Positions 1-10,186 of a stretch of 64,000 nucleotides of DNA are shown here, one piece after another. Origin of the DNA: Abditibacteriaceae bacterium (lineage in GTDB: Bacteria > Armatimonadota > Abditibacteriia > Abditibacteriales > Abditibacteriaceae); contig OZ255721.1 in the NCBI GenBank assembly GCA_965277285.1, positions 1,504,001-1,568,000 of the forward strand, read 5' to 3'. The notes under the pieces were generated by a model, which was not told where the DNA came from, searched no databases, and was given only the letters and a program-made list of their open reading frames with translations. The position numbers were made by a program, and so were the translations under genes. Each line of letters begins with the position of its first letter. The first letter of the stretch is position 1.

Positions 1-178
1 CGTGTTGAATACGACACGAATTGACGTATCAGCGAATATTGTACATAAGGGACATGGCAAGCCATATCCCTACAAGTTGTCGTCGTGACAACTTCATCAA
101 AAAATGCTCTAAGAATCTGTTTTGGAAGTCCTTAGCAAAACAGATTCATAAGAAAGCGCAATTCGAGTACTCGATTCC

Positions 179-3100
179 TTACCTTTCATTTTTCCGAGCG
201 TTCAGCGAGACGCGCGCGTAAACCGTTGTTCCGCTCTCGGGCGACGATTCGATGGTCAGTGTGCCGCCGACAAGCTCCAAGCGTTCCATCATGCCCAGCA
301 AGCCCAAGCGCTGCGGCATCGGTGACAGGTTGCCGCTTTCGTCGTGCTCGACCTCGAAGCCGCAACCATCGTCTTCCACAATCGCCACGACATCGGCGCC
401 GCGATGTTCGAGCAGCACGCTGACCTGGCGCGCTTTGGCATGGCGCTGCACGTTGTTCAAGGCTTCCTGCACCACGCGATAAAGCGTTGTGTCCGGCGTC
501 GTATCCACCGTTGTATCCGGCGTCGTGTCCACGCCCGAAGATGGGCGCGACGCCGAACCCGAACTTCCGCTTGGCGTTGCGCGCGACACGAAGTCGGACT
601 GAATGGCGCTTTGTTCGCTCCATTCCTGCACATATTGACGCAAGGCGGGTTCCAGACCGAACGTGTCGAGCGCGGCGGGCCGCAATTCCCACGCTAAACG
701 GTGCATTTGCTCCATCACGCTGTTGGTCATCTCCTGCATATTTTCCACGCGCTGATTGAAAGACGGCGGGCGCAAACCGGTTTCCTGAATATCCGGCAGC
801 GATTTCAAGCCCATCAGCAAAGCTGTGAGTTGCTGTCCCATCTGGTCGTGCAATTCGCGCGAAATGCACAGGCGTTCTTCTTCCTGGACGGTCACGACGC
901 GTTGCAGCAGTTGCTCGCGCGCGCGTTCGGCGCGTTGGCGATGCGCCACTTCACGGCGCAGTTCCGCCGTGCGTTCGAGTACTCGTTGCTCCAAATCGTC
1001 GCGCGCCGCCTTGAGTTCGTCTTCCATGCGCTTGCGAATTGTCATGTCGCGCAAAATCTTGGCGAAGCCGCGCACGTCGCCGTTTTCGTCGCGTAATGCC
1101 ATCATCACGCCGCTGGCGAAAAAGCGCTCGCCGTTTTTCTTGACGTGCCAGCGTTCATCGGGCGCGCGGCCTTCGCGCGCGGCAGTTGCGAGTTCCTTTT
1201 GCGGTTCGCCGCGCTCGCAATCTTCGGGCGTAAAAATCAGTGTGGAGTTTTGCCCGATGAACTCGCTTTCTGCGTAACCAAGTACTCGTTCCACGCCGCT
1301 GTTCCAACTGACAATGACGCTATGCGCATCCATCATGTAAATCGCGTAATCTTCGACGCCTTCGATGAAAACGCGGTAACGTTCTTCGCTGGCGCGCAAC
1401 GACGTTTCGGCGGCGTGTTGCGCGCTCATATCGAGCACATATTCGACGTTCTCGTTGGGGGCCAATCGCGTTGCGGCGAACAAGCCCCACCAACGCGAAC
1501 CGTCGGGCCGCTGCATTTCTTTTTCATAAGGCGTGGCGCGCCCATCCGTCTCGAGTTCTGCAATCGCCTGGCGCGTGCGTGGCATCCATTCGGGCAGCGT
1601 AATCTCGGAGGTTTCGATGTGAGCGTTCAACTGCTCGCGCGAAAAGCCAATCATCTTCAAATAAGCGTCGTTGGCGTCGGTCAAAACGCCGTTGTCGTCA
1701 AAGAAAACCACGCCCACAGTTTCGATTTCCAGGGCTTTTTGCAGGCGCGCGCGGTTTTCGCTCAACGCTTCTTCAACGACTTTGCGCTGCGTGATGTCGA
1801 TGATGAACTCCACGCACTCCGATTCGCGTCCGCTGCCGCTGAGCCGCGTCGGTGCGAAAAGTCCCCACCAGCGCGTGCCGTCGGGACGTATCATTTGCTT
1901 TTCATAAGACGGCGATTCGCCTCGCTCGGCGAGATTTTGCGCGATGCGCATCGTCGGCTCGATAAACTCCGTCGCCGTCAGCTTTTCCCAATGCGTCGTG
2001 GTGCGCAACTCTTCCACCGTGTAGCCGCACATACGCCCGAAGGCTTCGTTGGCATCGTGCATTCGCCCGTCGAGGCCGAAGAAAAGCACGCCCACAGTGT
2101 CAATGGAAAGCGCGCGGCGCATACGCCCTTCGCTTTCGCGCAACGCGGCATCGGCGCGATGGCGCTCGAGATATTCTCCGGCTGTCCAGGCCAGCATATC
2201 CATCAAGCGCAGTTCGTGTTCGCTCGGGCGATGCAGATGGCGAAATTGAGTACTGATTACGCCGATGGTTTCTCCCGCGCGGTTCACCATTGGCGTCGAT
2301 TGTGCGGCGCGAATCGCGTCGGCGCAAGCGGCTTCGCCCGCCCCGGTGCCTTCCAAACCGGGGAAACCTGCCGTATCTTCGATGATCAGGCGCTGCCGCT
2401 GAACGCGCGCCACTTCGCATCCCATTTCCAAGCCTTCGTAACGAAAAAAGGAAATGAAAGCACTATCGTCCGCGTAACCTTGCCAGACGAACATTTCCAA
2501 GCGCGCGCCATCGGCGCTGAGCATTTGCACGCAGCCGCGATCGGTTCCGGTGAACTCACAGGCAACCGCGAGCACGTCGCGGAACGCCGCCCTGACATCG
2601 CTTTGATCCGCCAGTTTTGATTGCAGTTCGTAAAGACGACGCATTCCCACCAAATCCGCCGCAATGAGCGATTCTCTTTGCAGCAGCGCTTCTTCATTCT
2701 GTTTGCGCTGCGTGATGTTTTGCGTGATGCCGACGAAACGCGGCTGCCCGTCTGCGCCGTTTTGCAGCGCGCCCTGACTGTGAAACCAGAACGCTTCGCC
2801 GTTGGCGGGATTGACCAGGCGATATTCGGATTCGTAGTGGCCGCCGTTTTCGAGTACTCGATTGATGGCAGCGACCGTCGCTTGAATATCGTCGGGATGA
2901 ATCAACTCGAACGTGCGGTCGATGTTATCGAGCAGAGGAAAACCAACGACGTTTTCCGTGTTGCTCGACCATTCCAAATGGCGCGTTTGCGGATTGATTT
3001 CCCACGAGAAAATTTGTCCCGCGTTCATGGCGATTTGCAAGCGTTCGTTGAGCTTGCGCACTTCGTTTTCCGCGTTGGTGCGGTCTGTCACATCGCGCGT

Positions 3101-3667
3101 CGAACCCGCAACGCGATCAACGGTTTGGCCGTCGTCGCCGAAAACCGGCGCGAAGATGTATTCGTAAAACTTGTTCTCGCCCGCAGGACTGAGAAACGCG
3201 GTGTCGTCGCGCACGGCTTTGCCAAACGCGAAAACTTCCTCGATTTGATTTTGCAAGCGATGGGCTAAAGCGGCGGGATACTCCAGATCGAAGAAGTTTT
3301 TGCCGACGATTTCTTCAAAGGAGATTTGCAGCAAATCGAGCAAAGGCTGATTCGAGTACTCGAAGCGTCCCGCGCGGTTGAAGATATACGCGAAGTCGCT
3401 GATCGAAGTCAGCGTCGTATCGAAAAGCCGCGTTTGCTGTTCCAATTGTGCCGCTAAATCGCGCAGTTCGTTTCCCTGATTTTGGCGCGTCAACGCTTCG
3501 ATTTGAGCTTTCAATTCCCGATTGGCCGCGAGCAGTTTTTCATTGGCCGCCTGCAAGTCTTCGTGGCTGGCACCGCTTTCGTCGGCGTCGGTTGCGCCGC
3601 CATCGAGAAGCGCGGCAAAACTTTGTTCGGAATCGGTTGCAACGAGTTCTTTTTGTGATGGCGTCAT
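179..3667 (-). CDS. Multi-PAS/GAF sensor histidine kinase, HisKA_3 (NarX/UhpB-type)
   Basis: Several PAS/PAC repeats, a GAF segment, H-box EERLCISRELHDQMGQ, and EALNNVQRHA, EDDGCGF, LGLLGMMER motifs. ATG at 3667 has GGAG upstream. Confidence 0.92.
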   Translation of the reverse strand: MTPSQKELVATDSEQSFAALLDGGATDADESGASHEDLQAANEKLLAANRELKAQIEALTRQNQGNELRDLAAQLEQQTRLFDTTLTSISDFAYIFNRAGRFEYSNQPLLDLLQISFEEIVGKNFFDLEYPAALAHRLQNQIEEVFAFGKAVRDDTAFLSPAGENKFYEYIFAPVFGDDGQTVDRVAGSTRDVTDRTNAENEVRKLNERLQIAMNAGQIFSWEINPQTRHLEWSSNTENVVGFPLLDNIDRTFELIHPDDIQATVAAINRVLENGGHYESEYRLVNPANGEAFWFHSQGALQNGADGQPRFVGITQNITQRKQNEEALLQRESLIAADLVGMRRLYELQSKLADQSDVRAAFRDVLAVACEFTGTDRGCVQMLSADGARLEMFVWQGYADDSAFISFFRYEGLEMGCEVARVQRQRLIIEDTAGFPGLEGTGAGEAACADAIRAAQSTPMVNRAGETIGVISTQFRHLHRPSEHELRLMDMLAWTAGEYLERHRADAALRESEGRMRRALSIDTVGVLFFGLDGRMHDANEAFGRMCGYTVEELRTTTHWEKLTATEFIEPTMRIAQNLAERGESPSYEKQMIRPDGTRWWGLFAPTRLSGSGRESECVEFIIDITQRKVVEEALSENRARLQKALEIETVGVVFFDDNGVLTDANDAYLKMIGFSREQLNAHIETSEITLPEWMPRTRQAIAELETDGRATPYEKEMQRPDGSRWWGLFAATRLAPNENVEYVLDMSAQHAAETSLRASEERYRVFIEGVEDYAIYMMDAHSVIVSWNSGVERVLGYAESEFIGQNSTLIFTPEDCERGEPQKELATAAREGRAPDERWHVKKNGERFFASGVMMALRDENGDVRGFAKILRDMTIRKRMEDELKAARDDLEQRVLERTAELRREVAHRQRAERAREQLLQRVVTVQEEERLCISRELHDQMGQQLTALLMGLKSLPDIQETGLRPPSFNQRVENMQEMTNSVMEQMHRLAWELRPAALDTFGLEPALRQYVQEWSEQSAIQSDFVSRATPSGSSGSASRPSSGVDTTPDTTVDTTPDTTLYRVVQEALNNVQRHAKARQVSVLLEHRGADVVAIVEDDGCGFEVEHDESGNLSPMPQRLGLLGMMERLELVGGTLTIESSPESGTTVYARVSLNARKNER

Positions 3668-3724
3668 GGCAATTCTCCACCGCACAGTTTACCTTTTAGT
3701 ACGTTGCCGCTTGATGCGGAAGAG

Positions 3725-3799
3725 TCGTAGGGACGCAGATTTCTGCGTCCGTTGTGTGCAAGTTTGAATCAGCGGACGCAGAAATCTGCGTCCCTACGA
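3725..3799. repeat. GTAG-type REP doublet (REPIN-like)
   Basis: GTAG-GGACGCAGA-TT-TCTGCGTCC followed by an inverted copy ending in CTAC. Confidence 0.8.
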
Positions 3800-4002
3800 G
3801 AACGTATCGAGTACTCGAACCATTGGCCAGCAAAAAGAAAGCAACTTTTCTCAAGAACCGCGTCAAGTCGCGCTGTTTTGGCGAACGCAGTTGGCGCAAC
3901 CATTTCCCTTTCGAGTACTCGATAACGCTCGATTTCGTTGCCGCTCTCTTTGCGCGTGTGCTATCCTGCTATCGGACAATATCACCGGAGGAATCCAAAG
4001 CT

Positions 4003-6702
4003 GTGACTAATCAAACATCGTCGAATGGCGCTTCTGCGTCAACCAATAAACGTGTGTGGCTGTTCCGCGAAGGCAAGAAAGAATTACGCGACCTGTTGGG
4101 CGGCAAAGGCGCCAACCTCGCCGAAATGACCAATATCGGTCTGCCCGTACCGCCCGGCTTCACCGTCACGACCGAAGTCTGTACCGAATATTACGCCAAC
4201 GGCAAAAAAATTCCGGCGGGCCTGATGGACGATGTGCGCGCCGCTGTCGCCGACGTGGAAAAGCAGATCGGCAAAAAGTTCGGCGATACCAAAAATCCGC
4301 TGCTGTTTTCTGTCCGCTCCGGCGCCAAGTTTTCGCTGCCCGGCATGATGGATACCGTACTCAACTTGGGCTTGAACGATGAAGCCGTCGAAGGATTGGT
4401 CGCCGTGACTGGCGGCAATTCGCGCTTCGCCTATGATTCGTATCGCCGCTTCCTGATGATGTTTTCCGACATCACCCTCAAAGCCGATTATCCAGGGCTG
4501 AGCAAAGAAGGTTTCGAGCATATCTTGACCGATCACAAAGCCAAGTTGGGCAAGGTCGAAGACACCGAACTGACGGGCGACGATTGGAAAGCCTTGTGCG
4601 AAATCTACAAAGAGTTTTTCCGCAAGGAAACAGGCCGCGATTTCCCCAGCGATCCGTATGAACAGCTCGAAACGTCGATTACCGCCGTTTTTCGTAGCTG
4701 GAACAACGAGCGCGCGATCATTTATCGCAACAAGGAAAAGATTTCGCACAGCATTGGAACCGCTGTCAACGTGCAGTCGATGGTGTTCGGCAACCTGGGC
4801 GAAGATTCGGGTTCGGGCGTCATGTTCACGCGCAACGCCGCGACTGGCGAAAACGTGATCTACGGCGAATATCTGCCCAACGCGCAGGGCGAAGACGTGG
4901 TTGCTGGCGTGCGCACGCCGAAAGAAATCGCCGAACTGGAGCGCGACAACAAGACGATTTATGATGAATTGATCGCCAACGCACGCCGCCTGGAAGACCA
5001 TTACAAGGACATGCAGGACATCGAGTTCACCATTGAAAAGAACAAACTGTTCATCCTGCAATGCCGCAGCGGAAAGCGCACGGGAACCGCCGCCATTCGC
5101 ATCGCGGTCGAAATGGTGAACGAAGGCTTCATCACCAAAGAAAAAGCCGTGCAAATGGTGGCGCCAGGCGGCTTGGAGCAGGCGCTGCATCCTCGCTTGA
5201 AAGATACCAAAAGCGCGCGCATCATTCTCAAGGGCTTGAACGCAGGCCCGGGCGGCGCTGTCGGCAAAGCGATTTTCTCATCGGAAAAAGCGGCTGAACT
5301 GGGCAAAGACGGCGCGGGCGAAGCCGTCATTTTGTGCTCGCAGGAAACCACGCCGGACGACTTGAAGGGAATGCTGGCGGCGCAAGGAGTACTCACAAGC
5401 CGCGGCGGACGCACTTCTCACGCCGCTCTGGTGGCGCGTCAGTTCGGTATCCCGACAATTTGCGGCTGCTCCGAAATGAGAATGGATGGCCATCACGCGA
5501 CGAGTTTCACCACGCCGGACGGAACCGTCATCAACGAAGGCGACTGGATTACGATTGACGGCAGCGACGGTTTGGTTTACGAAGGCGCGTTGGAAGTCGA
5601 GGAAGCCGGACAAAGCGGCGATTTCGGCACCTTGATGGGCTGGGCCGACGGCTTCCGCACGATGGGCGTTCGCACCAACGCCGACACGCCCGAACAGGCC
5701 GCCGAAGCGATTCGCATGGGCGCCGAAGGTATCGGGCTTTGCCGCACGGAACATATGTTCCTGGAAGAAGATCGCCTGCCGATTGTGCGACGCATGATTT
5801 TGGCGAGCAACGACAGCGAGCGTCAGGCGGCCTTGGACGAATTGCTTCCTGTACAGAAAGAAGATTTCGTCGGCATCTTCCACGCTATGAATGGCAAGCC
5901 GGTCACGGTTCGCTTGATTGATCCGCCGTTGCACGAGTTTTTGCCGAATCAGGTCGAATTGGCGACTGAAGTGGCGACCTTGAAAGCGCAGGGCAAAGCC
6001 GACGCGGAAAAAGAAGCGCTGCTGCGCAAAGTCAACGACTTGCACGAACAAAACCCGATGCTGGGCTTGCGCGGCGTGCGCTTGAGCATCGTCTTTCCAG
6101 GCATCGTCGAAATGCAGGTCGCGGCGATCATCGGCGCTGCGGCGCAGGTCAAGAAAGAAGGAATTGATGTTCATCCCGAAATCATGATTCCTCTGGTCGG
6201 ACACGTCAACGAACTGACGCACGTCAAAAGCCAGCTCGAAGCGATTGCGAAGAAAACGGAGAAGGAAGCTGGCGTCGAAGTGGCGTATATGTTCGGCACC
6301 ATGATCGAAGTGCCGCGCGCCGCTTTGACATCGGAAGAGATCGCCAAAGAAGCGAGTTTCTTCTCGTTCGGCACCAACGACTTGACGCAGATGACGTTTG
6401 GCATGAGCCGCGACGATGCCGGTTCTTTCTTGCCGACGTATATCAAGGAAGAGATTTACAAGGAAGACCCGACGGTTTCGATTGACCAGACCGGCGTTGG
6501 TCGCCTGATGGAAATCTGCGTGGCGGACGCCAAAAAGGTCAACCCAACGATCAAGCTGGGCATTTGCGGCGAACACGGCGGCGACCCCGACAGCGTCAAG
6601 TTCTGCCACAAACTGGGCTTGAACTACGTGAGTTGCAGCCCGAAACGCGTGCCCGTCGCGCGTTTGGCTGCAGCACAAGCGGCATTGGAAGGCACAAAGT
6701 AG
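4003..6702 (+). CDS. ppdK: Pyruvate, phosphate dikinase
   Basis: LLGGKGANLAEM, SVRSGA, GGRTSHAALVAR (phospho-His), GIGLCRTEHMF, SFGTNDLTQ, GICGEHGGDP. GTG start follows GGAGGA. Confidence 0.98.
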   Translation: MTNQTSSNGASASTNKRVWLFREGKKELRDLLGGKGANLAEMTNIGLPVPPGFTVTTEVCTEYYANGKKIPAGLMDDVRAAVADVEKQIGKKFGDTKNPLLFSVRSGAKFSLPGMMDTVLNLGLNDEAVEGLVAVTGGNSRFAYDSYRRFLMMFSDITLKADYPGLSKEGFEHILTDHKAKLGKVEDTELTGDDWKALCEIYKEFFRKETGRDFPSDPYEQLETSITAVFRSWNNERAIIYRNKEKISHSIGTAVNVQSMVFGNLGEDSGSGVMFTRNAATGENVIYGEYLPNAQGEDVVAGVRTPKEIAELERDNKTIYDELIANARRLEDHYKDMQDIEFTIEKNKLFILQCRSGKRTGTAAIRIAVEMVNEGFITKEKAVQMVAPGGLEQALHPRLKDTKSARIILKGLNAGPGGAVGKAIFSSEKAAELGKDGAGEAVILCSQETTPDDLKGMLAAQGVLTSRGGRTSHAALVARQFGIPTICGCSEMRMDGHHATSFTTPDGTVINEGDWITIDGSDGLVYEGALEVEEAGQSGDFGTLMGWADGFRTMGVRTNADTPEQAAEAIRMGAEGIGLCRTEHMFLEEDRLPIVRRMILASNDSERQAALDELLPVQKEDFVGIFHAMNGKPVTVRLIDPPLHEFLPNQVELATEVATLKAQGKADAEKEALLRKVNDLHEQNPMLGLRGVRLSIVFPGIVEMQVAAIIGAAAQVKKEGIDVHPEIMIPLVGHVNELTHVKSQLEAIAKKTEKEAGVEVAYMFGTMIEVPRAALTSEEIAKEASFFSFGTNDLTQMTFGMSRDDAGSFLPTYIKEEIYKEDPTVSIDQTGVGRLMEICVADAKKVNPTIKLGICGEHGGDPDSVKFCHKLGLNYVSCSPKRVPVARLAAAQAALEGTK

Positions 6703-6708
6703 TAAGCG

Positions 6709-6747
6709 AAAGGGCAGCCAAGATTATTGAATCTTGGCTGCCCTTTT
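6709..6747 (+). terminator. Intrinsic terminator after ppdK
   Basis: AAAGGGCAGCCAAGATT ... AATCTTGGCTGCCCTTTT hairpin. Confidence 0.8.
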
Positions 6748-6766
6748 AGCGGAGGTTTCACTAAAT

Positions 6767-8077
6767 ATGGATATACAAAAAGAGAAGCTCCAACTGATAA
6801 TTGAAAATGTTCGTAGTCTGGCTGGTAGGCACGAACCAACTGTCAAACCTTTGACAATAGTCACTGGAGAAAATAGTGCTGGCAAAACAAGCTTTCTTTC
6901 TGTATTCTCCATTATCTCAGATTCTTCATATTTTCCTCTGCGCCCCAGATTTAATGCGGTTCCTTATAATCTGGGCACATTTGAAACCATTGCAACTGTG
7001 AAAGCTGGCAAAAGTGGACGTTCGAGAAGTTTTACAATAGGGTACAAAAAGTCATTAACAGAAGACGTGAAAGAGGTTGTAGCCACTTATATCCCAAGAA
7101 GTGGCCACTCTGAACTCAGTAAGCTGTGTGTAAGTAAATTCGGTGAAAAAGCCACGTTGGAGTGGAACTCTGAAGAGGAGTGCTACGAAGTAGCTCTTGA
7201 GTACAAAGTAAAAAATAAACCCAAGACTTTACAGTTCAAATTAGACATAGGCGCATTGCAGAAAGCCAGTGCGGACCTCACACAAGCGATTCTCATAAGT
7301 TGGATGATGGAGCAAAGAAAGAGAGGAGCGACATTTAACACGGGAGTGGAATTAGTGGAGGTTCTCTATAGGTTATTTGGATCTATAGCTTCTATTAAGT
7401 CTACTTCAGTAGCTCCAATTAGAACAAAGCCGAGAAGGACTTTCGATGATTATAAGGAAACTTATAGTCCAGAAGGTGAACATGTGCCTTTCATAATGAA
7501 CTTGATGCAGTCTGAAAATTCAAATACTGCCAATCTCCTCAAAAATACTTTAGAGAGCTTTGGAGTTGAATCCAAGCTATTCAAAAAAATTGAAATAAAA
7601 AAACTTGGGAAGAAATCAAATAGCCCTATAGAACTGTCCGTAGTTACTTCGGGCAGACCCATGAACCTTTTAGATGTCGGTTATGGTATCAGCCAAGTTT
7701 TGCCCATCATAGTTCAAAGCGTTCTTTCAGAAGACGACTCTTGGTTGCTTCTACAACAACCTGAAGTTCACTTACATCCACGAGCGCAAGCAGCCCTCGG
7801 AAGTATGTTTGTTCGTCTCGTAAAAGATCACAACAAGCACCTTGTGATTGAAACTCATAGCGATTATATTTTGGATCGCGTAAGGCAAGAGGTGGCTGCT
7901 GGAATGCTGTCGCCTGATGAAGTTCAAATCCTGTTTTTTGAGAAAACAGGTGCGGATACACGTATACACGAAATCGGCTTGGACAAACAAGGAAATATAG
8001 TGAATGCTCCTCGCTGCTACAAAACATTCTTTTTAGAAGAGGAACTCAGGACTTTAAAAAGGACAGGTGGTGTATAA
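6767..8077 (+). CDS. ABC-type (AAA_21/AAA_15-like) ATPase with DUF3696-like C-terminus, AT-rich
   Basis: Walker A GENSAGKTS, signature VGYGISQVLP, Walker B region LLLQQPEVHLHP, H-loop IETHS. GGAGGT RBS. Clearly lower GC than flanks. Confidence 0.85.
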   Translation: MDIQKEKLQLIIENVRSLAGRHEPTVKPLTIVTGENSAGKTSFLSVFSIISDSSYFPLRPRFNAVPYNLGTFETIATVKAGKSGRSRSFTIGYKKSLTEDVKEVVATYIPRSGHSELSKLCVSKFGEKATLEWNSEEECYEVALEYKVKNKPKTLQFKLDIGALQKASADLTQAILISWMMEQRKRGATFNTGVELVEVLYRLFGSIASIKSTSVAPIRTKPRRTFDDYKETYSPEGEHVPFIMNLMQSENSNTANLLKNTLESFGVESKLFKKIEIKKLGKKSNSPIELSVVTSGRPMNLLDVGYGISQVLPIIVQSVLSEDDSWLLLQQPEVHLHPRAQAALGSMFVRLVKDHNKHLVIETHSDYILDRVRQEVAAGMLSPDEVQILFFEKTGADTRIHEIGLDKQGNIVNAPRCYKTFFLEEELRTLKRTGGV

Positions 8078-8518
8078 GTGTGTCTTATAATAGATGTAAA
8101 TATAGCGTCTTTAGTTTTACTACAGCACGATGATCCTGATTTTTGTGATGTCCACAAATTTATATTTACAGGTAACGGCGCGAACGTCGTCCTGTATTAC
8201 TGCGAGCACATGATTTGTGAAAATCATAACACTGCAATCAGAAAGATAATATTAGAATTGGATAGAGCTGGCAGGGCAAAACAATACGATGCAAATGCGG
8301 TGTCTGAAGAAATTGTTAATTTACAGAAGAGCCGATTGTGTTGTTCAAATGATCAACATATCATTGCTCTGGCACGAGTAAGTGGTGCAAGATTGCTCTG
8401 TTCAAGAGACAATAATCTTTCATCTGATTTTACTAATCCACAGATTCTCAATAATCCGCGTGGTAAGGTGTATAAAAAACGGACTCACAAACACTTGCTT
8501 CGTAAACTATGTTCTTGA
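8078..8518 (+). CDS. PIN-domain-like nuclease, abutting the ATPase stop
   Basis: N-terminal IIDVN, then NDQHIIALA and LLCSRDNNL match the PIN acidic-residue pattern. GTG start directly after the TAA of the ATPase. Confidence 0.65.
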   Translation: MCLIIDVNIASLVLLQHDDPDFCDVHKFIFTGNGANVVLYYCEHMICENHNTAIRKIILELDRAGRAKQYDANAVSEEIVNLQKSRLCCSNDQHIIALARVSGARLLCSRDNNLSSDFTNPQILNNPRGKVYKKRTHKHLLRKLCS

Positions 8519-8663
8519 GAAACATAACATTATTACATTAAGGTTTTAACGCATATCGAGTACTCAATCTTCACCAAGCCGCGACATGACAAGTGCGCCG
8601 TGCGTCGCTTATACTGCAACATATATTTCGCAGCCAACGCGAAGCGCAAGCGAGGTCAAGATT

Positions 8664-8792
8664 ATGGGCGATAAATCTCCGAAAGCGACGCAAAAGCAAG
8701 CATCCCAGAAGCAAAGCAAGGACAACAGCGCGCAGAAAAAGAAAACCGACGCGACAAGCGCCAAGCAAGCCGCCGGCAAAGACAAAAAGTGA
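8664..8792 (+). CDS. Small Lys/Gln-rich protein (42 aa, MGDKSPKATQKQ...)
   Basis: GAGGT RBS before the ATG and a terminator immediately after. Confidence 0.6.
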   Translation: MGDKSPKATQKQASQKQSKDNSAQKKKTDATSAKQAAGKDKK

Positions 8793-8805
8793 TGTTTCAG
8801 CCATG

Positions 8806-8839
8806 AAAAGGACGAATCGAGTACTCGATTCGTCCTTTT
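8806..8839. terminator. Perfect 34-bp palindrome centred on the iterated motif; probable bidirectional terminator
   Basis: AAAAGGACGAATCGAGT|ACTCGATTCGTCCTTTT between convergent genes. Confidence 0.7.
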
Positions 8840-8872
8840 TGCTTTCATACACTGCAATTTTATCCGCGTTTC

Positions 8873-10165
8873 TCAGCGATTTTTGCCCGCCACATAATCG
8901 CCTTTGCTGTCCAGACCGACCATCGGCAAAGACGGCGTTTGGCCTGGCAAAGTCGTGTAAGATGATTTTATGGGCACACCGCCGTTATCCACGCCGTCTG
9001 GCCCGATGCTCCACAAAGTATAAGCATTGCCCGACAGTTTGTAGCGCAAAATTTCGCCGCCACCAAATGGATCGGCGGGAACGTGTTTCAGATAATGCGG
9101 AACAAGAGCCGCCAGATTCGGCGGATATGTTTTGTGATCGAGTTGATACGCGTGCAAGCCAAGTGTTGTCAGCCAGAGCGCGTTTCCGGCATCGTTGCGT
9201 GCGAAGCTGGTTAAAATCAGAGGTGAATCAAGAACGATAACTTCGGTTATCGGATCATTGGGCGGCAAAGGTGCTTTTGGCGCCAGATACGGCAAGCGCG
9301 CGTTGGCGATTTGCGTATCATAAACGCGCGCCACATTTTCTGCAACAACGCGTTTCGACAAGGCGAAAATCGTCAAATGCTGAAGCGGAGACAGGATTGG
9401 TGTGAAGGTTTTGCGCCATGAGGGATTATTGTGCATCCCTCGCAATAAAAGAGACAGGCCGAGCCATTTATCTTCCTGCCAGGCGTTCGCTGCCGTGAAG
9501 CGCCGATTGTAAAGCGTTTCCAAACGCCCAATCGCGGCTCGTGTTTGTTCGCTGTTCAAATGATCGGTATCGTCCCAGTCGCCGTGACGACCGATTGCTT
9601 CGACAGCGCTGCCAACCAGGGTTGGCATCAACGGCCCGCCCTGCGCCATATCGTTGCCCAATTGCACGATGTCCAATCGACTTTGCACCGCGCCATTCCA
9701 ATCGCCGCTCATCTCGCGCGTATGAACTTCGATGATTTTCTCGCGCGCCAATTGACGCATCTTTGCCCAGGAACGAAGAGCGAACGGGCTATCCGAACGC
9801 ATATCAGGCGCCAGACACGGCGTTTTTAGCGCAGTTTGAAACAAAGCAAAACCGGCAGCGTTCGATTGAAGCCACGCTCGTCGATTCGCCAGCGAATATT
9901 TTTGCGCGCGGATTTTGGGATCAGTTGGCGGGCTTGCGTCATCAATTTCATCGACATGAGGATTAGCCGTTAGGATCATCTGCGCCGTGCGCACATACAA
10001 GTCAAAGCCGTTGGGCGCAGGCAATTTCGGATACGGCGGAATCGGTACCTGCGGATCGGCATCCAGCGTGCGGCGCCACGCACTTGTCCCGACGATGATT
10101 GCCAGTGCAAAGCTGGTACTCAACAACAATTTTCCAGAGCGTGGTTTTTTCGTCATGTTCGCCAT
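8873..10165 (-). CDS. Membrane-anchored hypothetical protein with a GspG-like C-terminal motif
   Basis: N-terminal hydrophobic helix; C-terminal YPPNLAALVPHYL..VPADPF...YTLWSIGPDGVDNGG. Confidence 0.7.
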   Translation of the reverse strand: MANMTKKPRSGKLLLSTSFALAIIVGTSAWRRTLDADPQVPIPPYPKLPAPNGFDLYVRTAQMILTANPHVDEIDDASPPTDPKIRAQKYSLANRRAWLQSNAAGFALFQTALKTPCLAPDMRSDSPFALRSWAKMRQLAREKIIEVHTREMSGDWNGAVQSRLDIVQLGNDMAQGGPLMPTLVGSAVEAIGRHGDWDDTDHLNSEQTRAAIGRLETLYNRRFTAANAWQEDKWLGLSLLLRGMHNNPSWRKTFTPILSPLQHLTIFALSKRVVAENVARVYDTQIANARLPYLAPKAPLPPNDPITEVIVLDSPLILTSFARNDAGNALWLTTLGLHAYQLDHKTYPPNLAALVPHYLKHVPADPFGGGEILRYKLSGNAYTLWSIGPDGVDNGGVPIKSSYTTLPGQTPSLPMVGLDSKGDYVAGKNR

Positions 10166-10186
10166 AATCGAGTACTCGAACCTGAC

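Noticed and set aside
1..162. AT-rich stretch and a 66-aa ORF at the window start
   Set aside because: Too short and truncated to assign; it may be the edge of another islet.
488..532. 24-bp tandem duplication in the kinase (DTTPDTTV x2)
   Set aside because: Ordinary in-frame slippage in a linker. Similar short duplications occur at 11930-11964, 35145-35184 and 43089-43118.
1145..2620. Long alternative-frame ORFs (also 4084-5190, 5278-6678, 11977-13164, 36472-37518, 52751-53854)
   Set aside because: They are antisense shadows of well-supported genes in GC-rich DNA and have no motifs of their own.
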